A stretch of 64,000 nt of DNA, taken from contig NW_020845854.1 in assembly GCF_003704095.1 (NCBI RefSeq), positions 1 to 64,000 on the forward strand, written 5' to 3'. Origin of the DNA: Pocillopora damicornis (lineage: Eukaryota). The position numbers and the translations under genes are program-made. Below the pieces are notes generated by a model. That model was not told the origin of the DNA and searched no databases. It was given only the letters and a program-made list of their open reading frames with translations. This document shows, in pieces, positions 53,201 through 61,100 of the stretch. Position 1 is the stretch's first letter; each line of letters begins with the position of its first letter.

Positions 53201-53897
53201 TAAAAATTTCTCAACGTTACTGCCCATTTAAAGTCTGAAATTCTGACCTTTTTAGTATTTGTTTCTTTGGGTGACATGACTTCGGGTGAAATGACTCTTG
53301 GGCGGCTTGACGTTGTCTTCCCTCTGTCATTTGTGTCTACCAACTGCTGGTTAACTGTCAGCACAAAAATGGCCATTTTCTGAAAGATTGCTGACAATTT
53401 TTTTAAGCCAGTTCGTGGCCATACCATGAGAGGATAACACAGGCTAATGTAAAGAACTGCACCCAAACATAGATTGTCAGTTGTTTTCTGGTCACAATTG
53501 AATTTACTTGCACAATTTGAACCAATAGTTGGCTGACAGTTTTCTTTAACTTAAGCATAGACCAGCCGTAGGCCGAGAGTCGGTGAAGTTTCAGCAGTAT
53601 GCATGTTAGATCTTGTCATCATTATATATGCCGTGACACCGCCAACCAACACAGCTCGTCTCGATTAAGTAGTCGGGCTAGCTGTAGCTAGCGCTTTGCT
53701 TTATTTTCCCCCCGCACTTTATAATTTTTGGCCTAACCCAGCAAACCCATGTAATCGAAGGAAACATATATTAGAATATACTTACAGTAGTACATCATCT
53801 GTCCTACGATGCCCGCGTTCGGATTTTTCGTTTTTCCGACGTAAACTTTCCTCTTGTACGTGTAATGTGGAGGTTCTCTTCGTGCCAGAGCGGCCAT
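47276..53897 (-). CDS. TBC1D20: TBC1 domain family member 20 (Rab GAP), 420 aa, 9 exons
   Basis: Exons 53897-53786, 51604-51407, 50995-50906, 50319-50225, 50033-49942, 49580-49479, 48876-48735, 48210-48020 and 47516-47276 join in frame (1263 nt). Motifs RCKVWSKLL, QVNLDVDRS (R finger), HYYQGYHDV (Q finger), FALSWLITWYGH, RLYDFFLATHPLMPVY, and a C-terminal hydrophobic anchor. Confidence 0.92.
48998..49275 (+). mobile_element. Degenerate tRNA-derived SINE-like element in a TBC1D20 intron
   Basis: tRNA-like head (ggccttaaggttagagcaatcgactt...ctgggttccagc), central tctcttcatccaagggtagagatgggggtacc, and gatgggctaccaccctatccagg shared with about 34260-34290. Confidence 0.5.
51687..51896. mobile_element. 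MITE-like repeat with TTAACCCTTTAACTCC termini
   Basis: taaccctttaactcc ... gagttgaagggttaa; colinear with 57569-57779 and with degenerate copies near 30290-30370/30830-30935 and 35830-36175. Confidence 0.75.
52723..53311. mobile_element. Non-autonomous DNA transposon with long imperfect TIRs
   Basis: gtcaagtcgcctgagagtcat...aagaaacaaatacgaaaaagatcagaatttcagact is mirrored by agtctgaaattctgacctttttagtatttgtttctt...atgactcttgggcggcttgac. Confidence 0.75.
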
Positions 53898-55539
53898 GTT
53901 GATGTTGTCAAACCTGCTCACTTTACTTAATTACGACCTTCAAAAATTTCAGACGATGACTCAAATCACACCTACATAGTCTATCGCGAAGTTTTATTTC
54001 TCCATCTTTAAATTTCTATGGCATTTTGGGAGTGAAATTGGCTATATTTCTCGCCGAATCTTCGGCGTTTAACGCCGATATCACCTCCATTTTGTTTCCT
54101 GTTGAGAAACTGCTGACTCCATTGTTACGGTCTGCGGCTTCACAAGACACTAAATAACCAAAACAGCTGCCAAAAAACAGCTATCAATGTTGTCTACGTC
54201 CCTCACGGTCAGGGACCCCTCAAGATCCCTCGAGCTCTTAGTTGACGGGAGAAGGGTTGGGAAATTTGTAGTAATTTTCCTGACTTGCCAAACCACCGTT
54301 CACTTCAAAAAGACAAAAATAGATGGGACCTTGTTCTTTCTACAAGAATGAAGAAGACTGACCTAGACAGAGACAGAGGATAGATCTTACTTCAAGGGGA
54401 TACCTCTTGGAATTCCTTATAGAGGTATCCTGCCTAGCTCTAAAAATCCGGGCTTTTTTATATTGCAAGTAGGCTTTGCAAAAGAGCCAAAGTGAAGAAT
54501 TGGTAAAATTTCCTCTAAGTTTTCTGCTCAAAGCCTGATATATTTGCATATTTCTATTAACCTTGTCCCAAAGAGTATTTCATTTATTATTTATGATTTA
54601 TTTGGAGCACAAAAGACAGATAACTTTACACACTCTTGTGGTTCCCTAGAAAATCATCATGTTAGAAACATGAGCCCATTTTCAGACCAATTTGGCCCAA
54701 CCAGAATCTTTTACGCGGTAAGGACTTTTAATTAGTATTTAGAGAGAAGCACTTAAGCAAATTCCACACCAAACAGTTATTCAGTCATAAAATTTTAACG
54801 CTGACGAGTAATTATTAGGATTTGCATGTATTTTTCTATTCAAAATTAAGATTTTTCTTCTAGAATTTTCCCAAATCAATAAAATTCTCCAAAATCAAGT
54901 TAATGAGATCACATCACAATAGGCTTGGTGGTTGTGAGACTTATCCCAGAGTAGAAATTTCTGAAATTCAATTTGGCCAAGATAGTTATCTATAATTTTG
55001 CTTCCTTACAAAGATCTTTCCCAGCAATTAAGTTGAACCAGAGATCTCCTTTTGAGAACTCCAATTCAACTTTCCTTTTTGAACCTCAGCCAGGTTATTT
55101 TGAATTTCAGTTTGCAAATAATTTCTTTCTTGAGAATATCTTGATTTCCTTCCCAACACCAAGAGATATTGACCAGCTACAGTGCAAGTAACATACATTG
55201 GTGTTCTTAGGATTAAGAAAGAAAAAAAAATAAAGCACATACGCTTTTCAGTGTATAAAACTACCAGTGTAAACATCTCAGAGCATAATTTTCACCTCGT
55301 GTTGAAGAAGATAACAACATAACTTGCAAAAATGAGAATATGTGCAGCTAATTAAAGCATTTATTGGCTAAGAATTTGCTTTAAGATGTTTCATGACAGC
55401 TTTTTTGAGATTACCTTGTTTGTATGGCACTTCAAGGTAAATTTTCTAACAATCAGGATTGAATTGGATCTACAGTATACTTCATAACCAATCTCTCACT
55501 TGCTAAATTCTGCACAACCTTCTCATCCAAATAAAAAAA

Positions 55540-55690
55540 AGGGGTAAGTTTCCAAAGAAACTGTGGTGCTGTATTGGAGGGAGAGTATAATAGACAGGGT
55601 AATTAAAGTATTAACATCTGAGTTTATAACATAAATTAGCCACCAGAAAGAGTTTCAAAGCTGATTTTTCAAGCGTTGGCCCTTCATCTC
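55540..55690 (-). mobile_element. Penelope-like-derived repeat, degenerate reverse copy
   Basis: ggggtaagtttccaaagaaactgtggtgctg...aaagctgatttttcaagcgttggcccttcatc. Confidence 0.6.
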
Positions 55691-56747
55691 AACCCAATAG
55701 ATGCAAAATTCACACCAATTGCACCTTTGGTTACCCAAATTTCTCCCACACTGATACTACAAACACATTTGCTCCTTGCTCACCTTGTGATATTTTTCTT
55801 ATTCTGATAAGCATTTGTGATTATCAAATGCATGGACACTGATTAATTTTCAACTTAGATAATGACCAAATTTGGATTCTAGGTCTGTGTGCAAGTTTTC
55901 TGATGTGTTCAACAGATCTGGTGTGCAACACATGCATCTAAAAGGTTGTGAGAGTTAGAGCTACTGAGAATGTCAAACATCTTGGCATGCATGTACATGC
56001 AAACCATTTACAAATCTTATCTTAGATAATTGGCATTTAAAATCAAGAACGACTCAACAAAATTTGTACACATTTTATTAATTAAATTTCCTACAATTGC
56101 ACTGTAAGACGTGGATGCTTTTCACTTTCAGTTAATTTTCTCTCATGTATCAAAGCTGATGGAAAATACCAGAAATCCATTGACATGTTTCCTACGATGG
56201 CATCGTGCATCGGCAGCATTGATAACAACTTTTATTATTCTTAACTTCACCTTCCGGTCAACATTTTTGAACGATTCAAAAAATTTTGGATATACACCGG
56301 CCGAGCAAGGCACAATGCCATAGTGGCTACATTTTCTTTTCATTGGTATTATGAAAGTCTTTAAGTTTGTTCTCTACTATCAGCCGGAACACGAATTGTG
56401 AAACCCAGCGAAAAGCATTCGCAACTGTTAGAAATCGCTACATGTAGTAAGTACCATTCTCTGTTTTGATGATAGGAAACCGTAACAGAGTTAAGGATAT
56501 GACAATTAATCTTTGACAGACATCGAGACGGCTGTGCTAACTACGATCAAAATAACAGGAAATGGACCGTGGACTGTTACACAGGAATAAAGACATAAAG
56601 CTTCTCTACTAGTATTTTGTATTTTTTTTTGATGTGATCATCATTACGAGATAAACTCAATTATAAAAAATTACAGTTAAATGATTGTTGTACAACCTTT
56701 CCTTCCCTTTCGCGCTTCCTCTTTCCCTTTCTCTCTCCATCTTCGGT

Positions 56748-57227
56748 TTACATTCGGCGGAAAACTCCAAGCTGCCTACGGCAATTGGGGCAGGAATGAA
56801 CGGCATCCTGCATGCCGTCGATACAGAACGGAATCAAACAACAACCAGCCCAACAGCCGACAAGGATCAGTCCTCCACAAGCGAGCCAAGCCAGTGTACC
56901 AGGAGTGTACTGCACAGAAGTAACAATGGTTGCAGTGCAGTACGGGCACACCATCGACACAGGAGCTTCGCCATACATCGCATTCCCCACAACCACAGTT
57001 TGCGGCTGCTGTATGATTGTAGTAGTTTGAGTGGTCTGAGCAGACGGAGGCGGCCCGTAGCCTTGAGGTGGCGGTCCGTACCCTTGTGGTGGTGGCCCAT
57101 ACCCTGGCCCAGGTGGTGGGTAACTTTGTGGTGGAGGGTAACCTGGCTGTTGTGGATAGGCTGGCGGCCCTGAAGGCGGATAACCGGCCTGAGGTGGTTG
57201 ATAAGGTGGCGGTCTAGGGTCCGCCAT
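56748..57227 (-). CDS. LITAF: LITAF-domain protein (LITAF/SIMPLE/CDIP1 family), 159 aa, intronless CDS
   Basis: Pro/Tyr-rich N-terminus with PPPY and PPAY motifs and GYGPPP repeats; CPYC, hydrophobic stretch ending GCCLIPFC, then HSCPNC. The symbol is a family-level call. Confidence 0.92.
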   Translation of the reverse strand: MADPRPPPYQPPQAGYPPSGPPAYPQQPGYPPPQSYPPPGPGYGPPPQGYGPPPQGYGPPPSAQTTQTTTIIQQPQTVVVGNAMYGEAPVSMVCPYCTATIVTSVQYTPGTLAWLACGGLILVGCWAGCCLIPFCIDGMQDAVHSCPNCRRQLGVFRRM

Positions 57228-57426
57228 TATGGATGTCTTCGATCGAGCACGGAAGCAGTTATGACTATTCTTTTCAGCAACCTTCTAGCGCCTTTCGATG
57301 CTTCGAACGCTCAAACTAACTCAAAGTTATATTCAGTCCTTCAATTTCAAGGCTACAAAGGAGGAAGACGTCTAAGTCACCTCGAAGGTTCGACGCAGAA
57401 AAGTTTAAACGAATCTTCTTTATTTC

Positions 57427-57461
57427 GTCACGTGATGTTGCTTTACCGCAACATGACGTCA
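57427..57461. promoter_or_regulatory. CLEAR-like E-box (GTCACGTGA) and CRE (TGACGTCA) upstream of LITAF
   Basis: gtcacgtgat at 57427-57436 and tgacgtca at 57454-57461, 200-230 bp upstream of the ATG. Confidence 0.5.
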
Positions 57462-57568
57462 ATCTCTTATTTGTTTCCAACACAACGAGCTGAGTAGGAG
57501 TGAAATTGCGTTGGCGTGAAGGTCGAATAGAGTTGTGGCATTGAAAGTTGTCGTATGGGAAGGATGTT

Positions 57569-57779
57569 TAACCCTTTAACTCCCATGTCTGACCAAGACA
57601 GAATTTCTCTTTACAATATATATACAATTTCAAGCAGACAGGTGATGAGAATAAGGAAATATATTAATCAGAGGATTAGTAGTTGATCTAATACCAAATT
57701 CTCCAAACTAACATCTCAAGAACTATATAGCAGACAGTGAGGACAATTACTAAGGAGATCTTGGAAGTAGAAGGGTCAA
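57569..57779. mobile_element. MITE-like repeat, same family as 51687-51896
   Basis: taaccctttaactccc...gatctaataccaaattctccaaactaac...ggaagtagaagggtcaa. Confidence 0.75.
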
Positions 57780-58014
57780 TAAAAACATTTATTCAAAATA
57801 ATTTCCGATACTAATCAACAGCGTAATTAAGCGACACAGGCGGTCCAGGGACCCGTTTCTCGAAAGTCCTGGTAACTTGACAGGCTCGAAAAACTGTTCT
57901 GTTTTAATTCAAAACAGGAATTTCCAAAGTTTTGAGAATCATACAAAAAATATATCAGCTAAAGAAACAAAATGGACTGGTTACGGTGCCAGAACCTACT
58001 TCTCTATTCTTTAA

Positions 58015-58114
58015 NNNNNNNNNNNNNNNNNNNNNNNNNNNNNNNNNNNNNNNNNNNNNNNNNNNNNNNNNNNNNNNNNNNNNNNNNNNNNNNNNNNNNN
58101 NNNNNNNNNNNNNN
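58015..58114. other. Assembly gap (100 N)
   Basis: Run of 100 N. Confidence 0.99.
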
Positions 58115-58160
58115 TTTTGTCCTCAGCATGACAATACACAAAATAAGCATCGAAGGATGG

Positions 58161-61100
58161 TTAGTTCACTTTACATTCATCACTTATGTGGTCCTTGTCC
58201 GAGGGTGTGGCGAGACGAATCACTTCTGAAGCAGTCTCATTCGATCTGCAGTCATGTAATTCCTGATTACTGACACAGTCCCCAGGCATTTCTACATTTT
58301 CTACATAACATGCTACCAGAAAGCGAAAAGGTGGTCCAGTCCTGCATTCTATTGATACTTTCCCGTGACCAATGATCACAGACTGTTGTGTTATGTCCAT
58401 ACTTCTCTCTAAAACATATTTCCCTTCTTTTATCAAGATGATCTGATCCTTCCCCCTCAGTTTCTTGGCATTTTCAAAAACACACGGCAGCTGGTCCGAC
58501 CTTTCAACAACGTGGACTTGAAGCTCTCCATAGTGTTGAATAACTTCCGACACATCCCGACCTCGGCTTAGGTGTTTAAACACTGCGGCAGCGGCCAGTG
58601 CTTCCGGCTTTCTGTCGAGTTCTGATAAGGCTACTGCTTTGGTGTGGTAACCAAGCAGCCAGGAAGGGTCGGCCTTGATGGCAGCATCTGCATCGTTCAG
58701 TGCAAGTTGTAACAGAGACCTTTTCTTGGACGGAATAGATTGTTGTTGTTGAGCAGATTTTAAGTAGGCTAAAGCCCTGCTGGTAAGAATATTTGGATGG
58801 TTTGGATATGAAACCAGAGCTTCTTTATACAGCCCTAAAGCTGCATCAACATGGCCACCATCGAGACACGATTTTGCCTTTCCTTTAAGTCTTTGAATGG
58901 ACTCCCCTGTCGGCGTTAGTACAATGTTCTCCATGTAAATGGTTGCATCAATCTTTAATGGAACACCTTTAGAGCACATTACTTGGACGTCGCCAAGACC
59001 AACTAAAACAGCATTTTCGGGAATAGCCAAGGGCTCTGGAAGCTGGTACCTCCCTTCTTTTATTACAATCACTAGATTCGGGGCGTTTGTTTTCTCAGTT
59101 GCGGTTTGAAGGTCTTGCACTGAGTCCACAATCTCTACGTAATAAGATCCAAAGCGATTAACCACAACTGGAATACTTGAGCATTTCGATGGGAACCGAT
59201 TCTGAGCAACGGCCGCTGTGGCAAGTGAAGGACCTCGTTTGCCAAGATGAGCAAGGCAAACAGCCTTCCAAAAATACCCTTTCACCCAAGAGGGATCTGC
59301 TGCCATTGCATTCTGTGAATCATGTAAGGCTTCTCGAAGGTATTTCTGCTTATCTTCCAATGAGCATTGCCTCTCCGATAGTTTTATATTTGTTGCAGCC
59401 CTATTACTCAGCAACTTGGCATCGTTTGGTGATAGAATTAAACCTTCAGTGTAAAATTTGAGTGCACCAAAAAAATCTCCTGCCTTGAACAATATATTGC
59501 CATTATCTTTTATTCTCCGGGCAAGGAATATGTTAGTATCAATTGGCGGCAAGCCTTGGTTGGCTTGTGTTGTTGGCTTGGTTGTCTGGCACTGCTTCAG
59601 CAACTCAATGCATTCTTTTGCTTTCACACTATTTCCTAAGAACTCGTATGCGATTTTCAAAGCGGCATAATTTCCAACTAGCTGTGGATGAACCTCACCG
59701 CAAAATTTCTTTCGAATTTCCAATGAGATTTGTGCTACTGTCAAGGAAATTTTTCCTCTCTTTTTAGAGAAACCACCTCGGCCTCCTTGTTTTGTTCTCA
59801 TTGAAATTTTCATGCAATCAAACAGATGATCTAAAACTTGACATGCGTGGTCATTGCTGCCATCCTCGATGGTGGTTGCATTTGTTTCCGGGCGACCGTT
59901 AATCACGCTCTTGTGTATCTTAGGCCATCTCTCTTTTAGGATATTCAGCAACATGTCTTCCGATTTCTGCGTCTCAAAATTGCTGAGTATACTAAGAGCG
60001 GCGGTCATTCCTCTTATGTACCAATCAGACTCATGTGGCATTGAACTGCTCATCTCCACCATTTCGTCAGCATAGGGCTTAGCCTCGCCAAGCTTTCCCT
60101 CGTTTTCGAGATGACGAGTGATGTACTGAAGAACACGTAACAGCAGGGGCTTATCTGGAGGATTTATTCGCCTGGCAAGCTCCAAGGCATTCTGATAACG
60201 TTTCAAAACTAGTTTGAAATTACAAGAAGACGCGAAGTTTTCTGCTCTTCCTGTCAAAATCTGAAGCTCTACAAAACAACCATCACTCAGTCTCAATTTC
60301 TCAAGTTCTAGTAGTGCTTTGTAATTTTTCTCCCATTGTCCTTCTAAGGCATAAAAGGAAGCTTTGTGCTGAAGGACACGATATTTGGTATCGTCGTCTA
60401 TAATGACACCAGCCTCCTCCAGATCGCGAAGTTTCTGCACGGTTTCGTCAGCCAGAGTCTTTGACTCTTCGTAACTTCGTAAGTCCGAGCAATTTCTCTT
60501 ACTGACACTTGCGTGCAACATAATATCCAAAATATTTGGTTCACCTTCAGAATGCATTTTTCGTACTTGTAATAAGAAATCTGCGAATTCAGCTTTCAGT
60601 CTATAAAAGGATATGTTCGCCCCCACAAGCCGTTCTACAAACGAGCACAATCGACAGAAAGTCTCATCTCTGAATAGGACACGGACAAAGTTTCCCTTTG
60701 AAGACTTGATCTGTGTCTTTATATGATCCTTTACCTGCCTGAAATTCAATAAAAGGGCTATGAGGATATTTTTATCCTCTTCCTTCATCTCCAACAAGTA
60801 TCTCGTGTCGTTATTTAGTGTTACATTTGCACAATTTTCACTTCTCTTGGTTAAAGCACAGTGAATAACGCGCATGGCTGCCACCAAAGTCTCTTCCTTT
60901 AGTGATGGGGTCAGGCTATCTCGAACCACCTCTTGAACAAGTTTGTGGACACCAAATACCCTGTTATGCTGATCCACCGAGAATAGAGAGTAACAGGTCA
61001 GTACCTGTAGGATGTGAGCAGTGTCAATCTTAGAACGCGCAGCTTCTCTCAGTTCTGCTTGATTTACTGTAGGAAGCCCAGGATTTATGACGTCGAAAGG

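Noticed and set aside
56681-57173. Plus-strand ORFs of 72-162 aa over LITAF
   Set aside because: Antisense shadows of a GC-rich, repetitive coding region with no recognisable motifs.
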